The notes under the pieces: model-generated
What the model saw: only the letters and a program-made list of their open reading frames with translations
Told to the model about the DNA's origin: nothing
Database searches by the model: none
Translations under genes and position numbers: made by a program
Part shown: one piece after another, positions 18,994-28,688 of the stretch
Layout: each line of letters starts with the position of its first letter
How positions within the stretch are numbered: position 1 is the stretch's first letter
Source of the DNA: Thermoplasmata archaeon
GTDB taxonomy: Archaea; Thermoplasmatota; Thermoplasmata; Halarchaeoplasmatales; Halarchaeoplasmataceae
DNA: 57,300 nucleotides
Direction of reading: 5' to 3'
Assembly (NCBI GenBank): GCA_003551675.1
Contig: PUNG01000062.1
Location: 1 to 57,300, forward strand

Positions 18994-20426
18994 TTTCCCA
19001 CCCCTACTCTGATATCTACGAACCGAGCGGGAGCGCAGCCGTGTCCCACCTGCATTGTTTGTGGGGGCTCCCCTTTACCACAGTTCGGGACACCGTGCAG
19101 CTTCCAATCTTCTTCACCTGCGATGGCGTCACAGTTACTCCAGAATTCAGGGGTTATGCCCGTATAAGTGGGATTTTTGATCAGTTCCGTTACTTCTCCG
19201 TTTTCAACGATATATCCTACTTCCGTTCCGAACTGGAAGTTCAGTCTTTTATCATCTATGCTCCAACTTTTTATCCCGTTGAGGAGTATACCGTCTTGGG
19301 TCTCTTCGATGATCTCATCTCTAGACCAATCGCCTGGTTCTAGATTTATATTTGTCATCCTTACCAGCGGTAGATTTTGCCAACCGTCGGCTCTCATGTT
19401 TCCGCTGGGTTCGACTCCTATCTTCGCGGCACCTTCTCTCGATGCCTGGTATCCTACGAACATACCGTCTTTTACCAGGTCCACTTTTTTCGCCTTTACC
19501 CCTTCGTCGTCATAACCGAAGGTTCCAAGTCCTCCCTCTGCCGTTGCATCGGAAACTATATTCACTATATCGGAGCCGTATCTGAGCTCTCCTAATTTAT
19601 CCGGCGTCAAGAAGCTTGTTCCGGCGTAACTCGCTTCTGTACCAAGGGCTCTATCGAGTTCAGTGGGATGACCACAGCTTTCATGCACCTGTAGTATCAA
19701 TTGATTCGTGTCTAAGATCAGATCTTTCTTTCCTTTTGGGCACTGCTTCGCATCGAGAAGGTCTACACCTTCTTTAGCCGTCTTCTCTGCATACTCGATC
19801 AGGTCAAAACTTTTGAAAAATTCGAATCCCTTTGAATTGTAGTCACCGCCGAAAGAGTTGGGGTAGCTCCTCTTCTGGGTATCTTTTCCATCGGAGACGT
19901 TAACGCCCAGCCCACCGCCGGTCATGATCAGATCCTGCTCGATCCTTGCGCCTTCGGTACTAGCAAACTCTTTGAACGTTTTCCAAGCTTTAAAATTACA
20001 CTGCCTAACTTTTATCCTTTCATCTATATCCATCCTCTCGTCAACATCCATCAGATAATCTAGTTTCTCTTCTAATCCCACCTCGAAAGGATCTATTTTG
20101 TACGGTGTAGTGTATTTGTCCTCGTGTATGTCTATCTCTTCCAGGTCTACTTTTACCGAGACTTTAGAGGATGCTTTAGCTATCTTGAGTGCTCTTTTTA
20201 TCGTTTCTTTCATACCTTTTTTACTCATATCCGCCGAGGACGCAAAACCCATACCTTCGTCGAATATCCTTATCCCGTATCCTCTACTCTCACTGCTTTT
20301 TATGGCTTCTACAGCCCCATTTTTGACGTTGATTACTTCGCTTTTCCTCTCACATAGGCGTACGTCGCCATAGGCCACATTTTCCTTCTCTAATCGTTCG
20401 ATCCCGAACACTACTAGGTCCCTCAT
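18987..20426 (-). CDS. tldD: TldD metalloprotease
   Basis: HESCGHPTELDR metal motif, YDDEG, RMTN, CGKGEP; start taken at MRDLVV. Confidence 0.93.
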   Translation of the reverse strand: MRDLVVFGIERLEKENVAYGDVRLCERKSEVINVKNGAVEAIKSSESRGYGIRIFDEGMGFASSADMSKKGMKETIKRALKIAKASSKVSVKVDLEEIDIHEDKYTTPYKIDPFEVGLEEKLDYLMDVDERMDIDERIKVRQCNFKAWKTFKEFASTEGARIEQDLIMTGGGLGVNVSDGKDTQKRSYPNSFGGDYNSKGFEFFKSFDLIEYAEKTAKEGVDLLDAKQCPKGKKDLILDTNQLILQVHESCGHPTELDRALGTEASYAGTSFLTPDKLGELRYGSDIVNIVSDATAEGGLGTFGYDDEGVKAKKVDLVKDGMFVGYQASREGAAKIGVEPSGNMRADGWQNLPLVRMTNINLEPGDWSRDEIIEETQDGILLNGIKSWSIDDKRLNFQFGTEVGYIVENGEVTELIKNPTYTGITPEFWSNCDAIAGEEDWKLHGVPNCGKGEPPQTMQVGHGCAPARFVDIRVGVGKW

Positions 20427-20527
20427 GTTTGCACCGATATGCAAACAACCCTGTGATATAAAAAGATTACCGTCGCACGAAAAGGTAAATCCTTTATACT
20501 ACACACCCGATTTATAACACGATAATC

Positions 20528-21061
20528 ATGGATAAAAAAACACTAGAAAGATACAGCCTAGAAGAGCTTCTTGGTTATTCTATAGAAGCGGAAAAAAATG
20601 CTACTGGGTACTACAATGATTTTTCGGAAGCCGCCATAGGAAGACTGATGAAAGAGAGGTTCAAAAATCTAGCTAGGGATGAAAAAATTCACGCTAAGGA
20701 GCTTTTAAAAATATACAAAAAAGAATTCGGCGATAAAGATTATGTGGTCCCCTCTGGTGACGAATTACCGAGCCACGAGACCGAGTTCAAATTCGACGAT
20801 GTGAAAAACATGGTGGATTCCCTCGAAAAGGCCATCACCAACGAAAGAAACGCAAAAAAGATATACCTCTACATGGCAGAAAAATGGGATAAATACTCTA
20901 CCGAGTTCCGATACATCGCGATGATGGAAGAAGGACATGCGAAATCGCTCCGCGCGGAGATGAATCTTTTCGAAGGTGAAGCTCAAGGCAAATCCCAGGG
21001 GAAACCCGTAGTCATGGATGAAATCTGGCAGAACGTTAGGAATCGAGATAGGGTCGATTAA
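20528..21061 (+). CDS. Rubrerythrin/ferritin-like diiron protein
   Basis: Two E-x6-Y...ExxH half sites (EKNATGYY...DEKIH; ERNAKKIY...EEGH). Confidence 0.85.
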   Translation: MDKKTLERYSLEELLGYSIEAEKNATGYYNDFSEAAIGRLMKERFKNLARDEKIHAKELLKIYKKEFGDKDYVVPSGDELPSHETEFKFDDVKNMVDSLEKAITNERNAKKIYLYMAEKWDKYSTEFRYIAMMEEGHAKSLRAEMNLFEGEAQGKSQGKPVVMDEIWQNVRNRDRVD

Positions 21062-21723
21062 ACAACCTCGATCTTCTTCAGGATAAGTTCGCCCCGGCTT
21101 CCATCCCATCTTTTTTCTATTTCTCCTATTTTGAATTCTTTATGGAACATCGGGCCACCCAAGACCACACTTTCGTATTCTCCTCCTTCACCGGATAGAT
21201 TGATGCAGTATTTTTTTTCTAGTTTTTTCAGCTCTTCCAAGGTTCTCTCGTTCAGTTTTCTTCCTAACCACCGTTCATCGAGTCCTCTAGCGGATACGCT
21301 GACGATAAAGATCTTAAAGGAATTGTCAAGGAGTTCTGACATGAGCTCGTTTTCATCCATGTTCCACAACGGTGCGAAGAGGTCCAAAGAAAGCTCATTG
21401 GCCATATGTTCTATCCTGCTCATCTGGTAGGTCGAAGCCACAGCACCGGTGATCACCCCTTCTACGTCCAGTGATCCTAATCCCGATTTCAGATCGTCCA
21501 GCTCTTTTTCTTTTTCCCCCGGCGTCTCTATCTTAACGAGTTCCATGCCCAACGAGTCCGCCAGGTCTGGAACCACATGAAGGTTCGGTCGGTGGAACAT
21601 GTAGGAATATTTTTCCTCGGGATATACGGTAACAAGATATCTTATATCCAATCCTAACCTATATGCTTTCCAAAGTGCAAGTGAGGAATCCTTTCCTCCC
21701 GAGAATAATGCGGCGTATTTCAT
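21058..21723 (-). CDS. dph6: Diphthine--ammonia ligase
   Basis: PP-loop LFSGGKDS, SYMFH, SGEGGEYES. Confidence 0.9.
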   Translation of the reverse strand: MKYAALFSGGKDSSLALWKAYRLGLDIRYLVTVYPEEKYSYMFHRPNLHVVPDLADSLGMELVKIETPGEKEKELDDLKSGLGSLDVEGVITGAVASTYQMSRIEHMANELSLDLFAPLWNMDENELMSELLDNSFKIFIVSVSARGLDERWLGRKLNERTLEELKKLEKKYCINLSGEGGEYESVVLGGPMFHKEFKIGEIEKRWDGSRGELILKKIEVV

Positions 21724-21735
21724 CTATGAAACAGC

Positions 21736-22893
21736 TCAGATCAGTTTTTGATACTTGGGATGTTTCTTGGTATCTAGTCGCTTTTCTTTTTTCTCGAATA
21801 CTCTTCTTCGGAGACTTTCCATACCTTCGTCTAACGCGCGCATGATGTTCCAATCGAATTTTTTTGCGTAGAACATACCGTGATCAGTAGAGAGACGTAA
21901 TCTGACGCTGTGTTTTGTCTGCTCCCCTTCTGTTTGATGCGTCACCACGTGCACGTTCAGCACCAGGGGTTTGAGCACTTTATTCATCTTCTGTAAGTAG
22001 CCTTGGATAATATCGTACATGTCGTCATAGACTTCTGGTCTTTCATGCAGCCCGGTTATCTGTACATACACGTGATCTTCTTCTCTGAAACTGGTGATTA
22101 TCTCGATGAGATCGAACTGAGTGAGTATCCCTTTAATATCGTCGTCTTCGAGAGCAACCAGAGAGGACACGTCGTTTTTCACCATCTTTTTCGCGGCAGA
22201 ACGTATCTTAGAATCTGTTCGAGTAGTTATAGGGGGTTCCGCCATAACGCTCCGGACTTCTAGGTCTTTGAAAGGAGAATCTTTTTCTCCGGTCCTTTCT
22301 CCCTTCTCCTGCCTTTCCACGGGTAGATGTGTTTCTTCGATGATGTCTCTTATGCCCACCATGCCGCTGAGTTTTCCGTACTTATCCACCACGGGCAGAA
22401 CTCTAACGTCCAGCCTTTTCATCATGGCCTTCGCCTTTCCTATCTTTTCATGCTCGGTGATGGTAGAAGGGGAAGGCGTCATGAATTCATTTACTTTAGT
22501 TTTTTTGAACTCCTCTATCTCGGGAACGATCCTCGTTATGTCGTTCCTACTTATGAATCCCACATAATCTCCTTTTTCAGATATTACGGGTACGCCTCGA
22601 TAATCTGAAGACAGCAGCATCTCGCTTACTTTTACTATGGAGTCGTCTTCATTGACTTTAGGAGGCCTGCTCATCACGTGTCTGAGTTTGGTGGAAAAAG
22701 GAAGATGTCTTTTTTCTATAAATGTGTCGTCGCTTATTATCCCTATCACTTCGTCCTTTTCGACCACAGGGATCTCATCTAAGCCATGTTTTCTCATAAG
22801 ACCTATGGCGTCGGATACCGTATCGTCTTGACTTGCATGCGGTAATCTCTCACTCATAAAGTCCTTCGCTTTAAAATCCTCTATTTTTGCCAT
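21736..22893 (-). CDS. Four-CBS-domain protein with C-terminal HPF/RaiA-like domain
   Basis: Four CBS repeats (IPVV, VPVI, LPVVD, LVAL...GI) followed by a ~105-aa region with HPF-like pattern. Confidence 0.85.
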   Translation of the reverse strand: MAKIEDFKAKDFMSERLPHASQDDTVSDAIGLMRKHGLDEIPVVEKDEVIGIISDDTFIEKRHLPFSTKLRHVMSRPPKVNEDDSIVKVSEMLLSSDYRGVPVISEKGDYVGFISRNDITRIVPEIEEFKKTKVNEFMTPSPSTITEHEKIGKAKAMMKRLDVRVLPVVDKYGKLSGMVGIRDIIEETHLPVERQEKGERTGEKDSPFKDLEVRSVMAEPPITTRTDSKIRSAAKKMVKNDVSSLVALEDDDIKGILTQFDLIEIITSFREEDHVYVQITGLHERPEVYDDMYDIIQGYLQKMNKVLKPLVLNVHVVTHQTEGEQTKHSVRLRLSTDHGMFYAKKFDWNIMRALDEGMESLRRRVFEKKEKRLDTKKHPKYQKLI

Positions 22894-23070
22894 GTTATCA
22901 CCCTTAATATAATATCACGTCGTGACATATCTTTTTTTCTGTCCTCAATCAGGGAAACAGACTTAAATGTTTTTCCCTTGGTTAGCTGAACGACACGGGA
23001 TCATCTTAGGTTCAAAACAGGGACAAAATGATTTAATATGTAGTACTTGATTCACATCCAAGGTGTTGAT

Positions 23071-24363
23071 ATGAAAGAAGATGCAGATTATATACACGAG
23101 CAGGCGAAAAAGCACGTAGAATGGTTCTCCAAGTCCCTGCCCATGATAGCCTCTGAGAACATAATAAGTCCGATGGCTAGAGATCTGATGCTTTCCGAAT
23201 TTCAGGACAAGTACGCAGAGGGTGCTCCTGGTGACAGGTATTACGAGGGCAACATATACGTGGATAATGTTGAGCGAAAAGTACAGGAATTGGCTAAAGA
23301 CACGTTCGGAGTGGACTACGCCGATGTCAGACCCATCTCGGGTACAAATGCCAACCAAGCGGTTTTGATGGCCCTTGGAGGCTCTGATAAGAGCATAACC
23401 GCCGTAGATGTCTCCTCAGGAGCACATATAAGCAGTGCCAAATTCGGATCGGTGGGCTTCCGAGGCATGGCTCCTAAAACGTATCCATTCAACGTGGAAG
23501 AGATGAACATAGAAGTCGAGGGTACCAAGGAGCTTATCAGGGAAGTGAAACCGGACATAGCCTTATTTGGAAGGTCCGTCTTTTTGTTCCCTCCTCCTCT
23601 TGAAGAACTCCAAGACGTTTTTGAAGAGGTGGGATGTCATGTTTGGTACGATGCTGCTCATGTATTAGGTCTGATCGCGGCAGGCGAGTTCCAGCAGCCC
23701 ATGGAGAACGGTGTAGAGATAATGACAGGTAGTACGCACAAGACCCTTCCCGGCCCCCAGAGAGGTTTGATCCTTGCGAATCCAAGGGACGAGGAGACGG
23801 AAACGGGTCTTTTCTTCGGGATGTTCCCTGGAGTCGTATCCAATCATCACCTGCACACCATGGCCGCTTTAGGTGTTGCCCTAGCCGAGCATCAAAAATT
23901 CGGCGAAGAGTACGCTAAGCAGATAATAAAGAACGCCCAAGCTCTAGGCCAGTCGTTACACGAAAGAGGTATCAAAGTGCTATGTGAACACAAAGGTTTT
24001 ACGGAATCTCACGCCCTTGCTATAGACGTTCAGGATCAGGGCGGCGGTGAAACATTGGTAGAGGCGATGGAAGACGCGAACATGATAGCGAACAAAAATC
24101 TAATGCCGTGGGACGATGTGGACAGCGCCAACGAACCAAGTGGGATAAGATTGGGCAGTCAGGCCTTGACTCGTTTGGGCATGAAAGAAAGTCACATGGA
24201 CGAGGTGGCGGAATTCATTAAAAGGATCGTAGTGGACGACGAAGACCCTGAAAAAGTAAAAAATGATGTGATCGAGTTCAGAAAGGATTTCCAGGAGATA
24301 CACTATTGTTTCTACGAAGGGTTCCCTGCGCACAAGCACCTCAGTATACTAGATTCCAAGTAG
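23071..24363 (+). CDS. glyA: Serine hydroxymethyltransferase
   Basis: IASEN, KYAEG...RYY, DAAH, PLP lysine STHKTLPGPQRG, SGIRLG; ATG 23071 after GGTG. Confidence 0.97.
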   Translation: MKEDADYIHEQAKKHVEWFSKSLPMIASENIISPMARDLMLSEFQDKYAEGAPGDRYYEGNIYVDNVERKVQELAKDTFGVDYADVRPISGTNANQAVLMALGGSDKSITAVDVSSGAHISSAKFGSVGFRGMAPKTYPFNVEEMNIEVEGTKELIREVKPDIALFGRSVFLFPPPLEELQDVFEEVGCHVWYDAAHVLGLIAAGEFQQPMENGVEIMTGSTHKTLPGPQRGLILANPRDEETETGLFFGMFPGVVSNHHLHTMAALGVALAEHQKFGEEYAKQIIKNAQALGQSLHERGIKVLCEHKGFTESHALAIDVQDQGGGETLVEAMEDANMIANKNLMPWDDVDSANEPSGIRLGSQALTRLGMKESHMDEVAEFIKRIVVDDEDPEKVKNDVIEFRKDFQEIHYCFYEGFPAHKHLSILDSK

Positions 24364-24384
24364 AACTCCCAAACCTCTTTTTTT

Positions 24385-24765
24385 TTACTTTATGAGTTCT
24401 TTGTATTCCTGAGCACTCAGTAGCGATTCGACTTCAGACTCGTCACCGATCTCCATAACTGCTATCCATCCTTTACCGTACGGGTCTTCGTTCAAGAGTT
24501 CAGGTTCGGCTTCCAGCTCTGTATTCACTTCGATTATTTTACCCGATATGGGGGCGTAGAGATCGGAAACGGCTTTTACGGATTCGATCACACCCGCCAT
24601 ATCTCCCAGTTTTACCTCTTCGCCTTCCTCCGGCAGTTCCACGTAAACGATATCACCCAGTTCGTCTTGAGCGTATTCCGTGATCCCGTAACGTACTTTT
24701 CCATCCGTGATCTTCACCCATTCGTGCTCTTCGCCATATTTTAAGTCATCTGGTATTTCGCTCAT
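24385..24765 (-). CDS. gcvH: Glycine cleavage system H protein
   Basis: HEWV, GITEYAQDELGDIVYVELP, lipoyl-Lys ESVKA, NEDPYGKGW. Confidence 0.97.
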   Translation of the reverse strand: MSEIPDDLKYGEEHEWVKITDGKVRYGITEYAQDELGDIVYVELPEEGEEVKLGDMAGVIESVKAVSDLYAPISGKIIEVNTELEAEPELLNEDPYGKGWIAVMEIGDESEVESLLSAQEYKELIK

Positions 24766-24828
24766 ATTTAACACACATTCTCAAATCAAATAGAGTTATT
24801 TAATATAATCGGACGTAGGCTTCTTCTC

Positions 24829-26322
24829 CTACTCTTCTCGTGCGTCGTAAACGATCTTGCCTCCCACGACCGTCATCTTCACCTCGATATCCCTTAGATC
24901 ATCAGCGTCTAACGGGTTTTCTGAAAGCACTACGAAATCAGCAAACTTCCCCTCTTCGAAAGAGCCCAATTTCTTTTCATCTCTTGCGGCATATGCTCCG
25001 TTCATGGTGTAGCTCTGAAGCGCGTTGTAAGTGGAGATCCTTTGGCCCAAAACAGGATGATTGATGGCCGAATGAATCCCGTATAGAGGCGACATGGGCA
25101 TATTATCTGAACCGAAGGTCATCTTTATCAAAGCTCTTTGTATGTCCCAAAACGGATCGCACTTCTGTAACCGTTCTTTACCCAATCTTTTTTCGTTCAT
25201 CTCCGAAGGTTGAGACCATTTATAGGCGAAGTTGGGCTGAGTAGACAGTACGAGGTCAATATCTCTTATCCTTTTTATGTATTCTTCCCAAAGCATCTCC
25301 GCATGTTCTATACGATGTCTTAACTCTTTGCTTTTTTCCGAGGCCTCTTCGAATGCATCCAACACAGTCGACATAGCCCTATCTCCTATGGCATGCACCA
25401 TGAGTTGGAAGTCCCTCTCTTCCGCATCTTTGATCATTTCCGTCATATCGTTTTGGTCTAAAAGTAGCATACCCTTGTTTCCAGGATCATCCTCGTAATC
25501 TTCGTTCAAGGCTGCACTCCTCGCACCTATGGATCCGTCGGCATATAGTTTCAAGCCGTTGAGTGATAGAAAATCACTTTTTTCCGTAGGGTGGAGTCCA
25601 TCCGATTCGTTGAAATGGATGTAGCACTTAACTCTAAGGTCTAATGCGCCCTCCTCGTCCAGTTCACAATACGCCTCCCAATCTTCTCTGTCGACGATAT
25701 CGTGCACGCAGGTTATCCCCTCGGAGTGTGCGATCTCGATGGCATCCAAGATCGCCTCTTTCCTTTCTTCCTTGCTTACGGCGATTATCTCTTCTAGATT
25801 CCATACGACCTCTTCTTTTAATAGACCAGTTTCTCTATCCACGAAGTCCCATCCATCCCCTATACTTTCCAAGGCTTCTGAGTTGGCTACCGCCAGATGT
25901 CCACAGATCCTTTTTATGATCACAGGGTGAACTTCACTCACGCTAGCCAGTTCTTCTTTGGTGGGATAAGACGTTTTTTTCCAAACAGTTTCGTCGAAAC
26001 CTACTCCTATGATCCAGTCTCCTTCTTCAGCCTCTTCTTCCTTTTTCTTTAGATAGTACAGGGCCTCGTCAAAACTGTCCGTGTCCGATAGATCGACCCT
26101 TTTAACGTCCAACCCCATCTCGACCATGTGTGTGTGAGAATCTATAAAACCAGGTAAGACAAAATAGCCTGTAAGGTCTATCTTTTCGTCGGATTCCCCC
26201 ATGATCACATCGAAGTCGTCGATGTTCCATATCCTGCCTTTCTCAACTAGGAAACCGTGGTATTGTTCAGACCTTTTTTCCACTGGTATGACATTGCAAT
26301 TGATGAAGCCCTTTTTAGAGAT
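24829..26322 (-). CDS. Amidohydrolase-3 (YtcJ-like) metal-dependent hydrolase
   Basis: PGFIDSHTH, KLYADGS, HAIGD, RHRIEH, GSD, GKFADFVVL. Start uncertain: GTG 26283 or ATC 26322. Confidence 0.88.
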   Translation of the reverse strand: MSKKGFINCNVIPVEKRSEQYHGFLVEKGRIWNIDDFDVIMGESDEKIDLTGYFVLPGFIDSHTHMVEMGLDVKRVDLSDTDSFDEALYYLKKKEEEAEEGDWIIGVGFDETVWKKTSYPTKEELASVSEVHPVIIKRICGHLAVANSEALESIGDGWDFVDRETGLLKEEVVWNLEEIIAVSKEERKEAILDAIEIAHSEGITCVHDIVDREDWEAYCELDEEGALDLRVKCYIHFNESDGLHPTEKSDFLSLNGLKLYADGSIGARSAALNEDYEDDPGNKGMLLLDQNDMTEMIKDAEERDFQLMVHAIGDRAMSTVLDAFEEASEKSKELRHRIEHAEMLWEEYIKRIRDIDLVLSTQPNFAYKWSQPSEMNEKRLGKERLQKCDPFWDIQRALIKMTFGSDNMPMSPLYGIHSAINHPVLGQRISTYNALQSYTMNGAYAARDEKKLGSFEEGKFADFVVLSENPLDADDLRDIEVKMTVVGGKIVYDAREE

Positions 26323-26342
26323 GGTAAAACCCCCTTGATGGG

Positions 26343-26702
26343 TCAGAGTGATCCTCGTATTTCATTTATCGATTTCTTCGTCGCCTCTAAAATATCTTCT
26401 ACTTTACCCCCATCCTCGAGCCGCGTCACGAGTATCGCGGACGAACCACTGTCTTGTATCAGTATACGCGTGTTTTCTAATTCTACTAAAACATATTTAA
26501 GGCGATCTTCGAGCTCAGAAGTAGCCGTCTCTGCTGACCCCAGTAATATGGCGGACATGGCAACGTAAGTTTCCCGATGCGCCTTTTTTGGGACCTCTCC
26601 AGCAATGTGCATCCCACTGCGGGAGACGAGAGTGACATCGCTTATGTACTCGGTATTCCCTATTTCTTTTAATATCCTCTCTAAAGAATCTGCTGGAGAC
26701 AT
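26343..26702 (-). CDS. Roadblock/LC7 (MglB-like) domain protein
   Basis: LVSRSGMHIAG, AMSAILLGSAETATSEL; 119 aa from ATG 26702. Confidence 0.88.
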   Translation of the reverse strand: MSPADSLERILKEIGNTEYISDVTLVSRSGMHIAGEVPKKAHRETYVAMSAILLGSAETATSELEDRLKYVLVELENTRILIQDSGSSAILVTRLEDGGKVEDILEATKKSINEIRGSL

Positions 26703-26947
26703 GATAACCACTGCTTTTTGAAATGCTAACTGGGATGAGAATGACATTACAAGATTATAAACATTTTCCCTCAAATCTAGATACCTTTTTTTGGGACGAC
26801 GCGAAGTAGGAGATCGTAATGCTAGTATGCTGTCCATGGTGTTACCTGAACACTCTGACGGAGATGCGACGTTCGACCTTGCCGTACTACGACGCGTGAT
26901 ATGCGATATGAAAAGATTATTAAAGCAGCAAGTTGTAGAAACTGACG

Positions 26948-27379
26948 ATGCCGATAAAAAACTTTGAATTAACTGCTATAGACGCCGAAAGATACAGCAA
27001 GAAAGGTGAGAGTAGGAAGAACGTGAAGATAAATCACAACAGTTCGGTCACCAAGATCGAAAAGATCGATAACGAAACCAACAGTATCGATTTCAGATTT
27101 ACGGCCAATTACACAGGGATGGGTATGATCAAGATCGAGGGCAATATAGTACATTCCGGCGGGAGCCCTGAACTTGCTCAAAGATGGATAGAGGATAACA
27201 AGATGCCCAATGAAGTTGCGAAAGAGATACATTCGACGATCATCAAAAATTGTATACCTCAGTCTGTTATAATCGCTAGGGATTTAAGGCTGCCACCTCC
27301 CATACCGTTACCAAAGGTGAATATGCCCGGCAAAGGAAATAAAACCAAACCTGCTAAAGGCGGGATGGAAGTCGCTTGA
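26948..27379 (+). CDS. Conserved archaeal hypothetical protein (possible SecB-like fold)
   Basis: Beta-rich N-half (FRFTANY...IKIEG), helical C-half and LPPPIPLP tail. Confidence 0.7.
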   Translation: MPIKNFELTAIDAERYSKKGESRKNVKINHNSSVTKIEKIDNETNSIDFRFTANYTGMGMIKIEGNIVHSGGSPELAQRWIEDNKMPNEVAKEIHSTIIKNCIPQSVIIARDLRLPPPIPLPKVNMPGKGNKTKPAKGGMEVA

Positions 27380-27432
27380 AGTGATCCGGTGGGAGGTATA
27401 AACCAGCGATCATATCTAACTGGGCTGAGAAA

Positions 27433-28023
27433 ATGGTATATCATGAAGGAATCTTGGTCTCCTCCAACGAGGTAATCAACTCTGCTGCAATCGGGGCTGA
27501 AATAACAAGATCTAGGATACGATGTAATATCTATAAACCATCCGATACCGCTAGAAACCTCGAGATAGGGAGTGAATTTACATATTCTTTAACCGACGAT
27601 ATATGTTTATTTTTCAGGAGCGCCTTGACGGGAAGAAACAAGCCCGACCAGGCCGAACTGACGGAAGAAGAACTTCATAGTCAAAAAGGTTTTTTCTACC
27701 CTAAAAGAGCAGCATCAGTTTATTTTTGCAGAGTTGAAGATTTGACCGTAAAAGAGATAAGAGACGAGTATGGGGAAGCGGAGATTAAAAAAATAGAAGG
27801 AAACATATTGTGGAAAGAAGAGATGAGAGAAGCGGAACCACTGGATAGAGACGATGCTTTGATAGATGCCATGGTCCATGCCAGTAGATTGTCCATCGCC
27901 GATGAAAAACAAAGAGAGGGGTTGAGAGAAAAGATAAAAACCATCCTGCGTTCAACGGGTGATGAGTGCGATGATGAGAGGGATATGATAAATAAAATAA
28001 ACGAATACATAGAAAAGTGGTAG
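27433..28023 (+). CDS. DUF447-like protein
   Basis: EGIL...NSAAIG...YKPSDTARNL...LIDAMVHASR pattern. Confidence 0.65.
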   Translation: MVYHEGILVSSNEVINSAAIGAEITRSRIRCNIYKPSDTARNLEIGSEFTYSLTDDICLFFRSALTGRNKPDQAELTEEELHSQKGFFYPKRAASVYFCRVEDLTVKEIRDEYGEAEIKKIEGNILWKEEMREAEPLDRDDALIDAMVHASRLSIADEKQREGLREKIKTILRSTGDECDDERDMINKINEYIEKW

Positions 28024-28025
28024 CT

Positions 28026-28682
28026 ATGAAGTTCGATCTACACATACATTCGGTTCATTCAGGAGATTCTAAGTGTAGGCCCGAGGACATAGTCAGGGCC
28101 GCTGAAAAAAAGGGCATGGACGGAATAGCTATCCTTGATCATAACACTATAGAAGGGTACCGAAGGGCAAAGAGAGTGGACACCGAGTTGATAATAGTGC
28201 CAGGTATGGAGGTCAGCACATCCCAAGGCCATATACTAGCTCTGGGTCTCCGGGAAGACATCGTCAGACAAAAGACCGTTTCCGGAGCGATAAAGACCAT
28301 ACGAGGACACGAGGCACTCGCGGTCGCTGCACACCCCTACCGATTCTGGTCCGGTTTGGGTGAGAAGAACGTTCTGAAACACGACTGGGACGCCATAGAG
28401 GGTATGAATGGGAGAGGTTGGTCCACAAGAAACAAACAAGCGCAGGATCTGGCGAAAAGATTGGACCTCCCCATGATAGGCGGGAGCGACAGCCATCAGC
28501 TCAAAACAGTGGGAAAATCTTACACTATCATGGAGAACGTCGAAGACTGGCGCGATGTGATCCAAAAGGTGAAAAAAGGCGAAACCGGTGTAGGAGGGGA
28601 GAACAGAACTTACACGCAAACTTTTTTCTACGTCAGAAGAGCTTTGTTCGGCTGGATATCAAGGGGCTTCAAAAAGATATAG
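28026..28682 (+). CDS. PHP-domain metal-dependent phosphoesterase
   Basis: DLHIHS, DHN, GME, AHP, GGSDSH. Confidence 0.92.
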   Translation: MKFDLHIHSVHSGDSKCRPEDIVRAAEKKGMDGIAILDHNTIEGYRRAKRVDTELIIVPGMEVSTSQGHILALGLREDIVRQKTVSGAIKTIRGHEALAVAAHPYRFWSGLGEKNVLKHDWDAIEGMNGRGWSTRNKQAQDLAKRLDLPMIGGSDSHQLKTVGKSYTIMENVEDWRDVIQKVKKGETGVGGENRTYTQTFFYVRRALFGWISRGFKKI

Positions 28683-28688
28683 GATAAC

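Noticed and set aside
22912-22928. Imperfect palindrome ATATCACG-T-CGTGACAT upstream of the CBS gene
   Set aside because: Short, single-copy, with no cognate regulator; cannot be told from chance.
26720-26947. Possible sRNA or small ORF in the roadblock/hypothetical spacer
   Set aside because: No convincing C/D box pair or stable stem, and the short ORF is unsupported.
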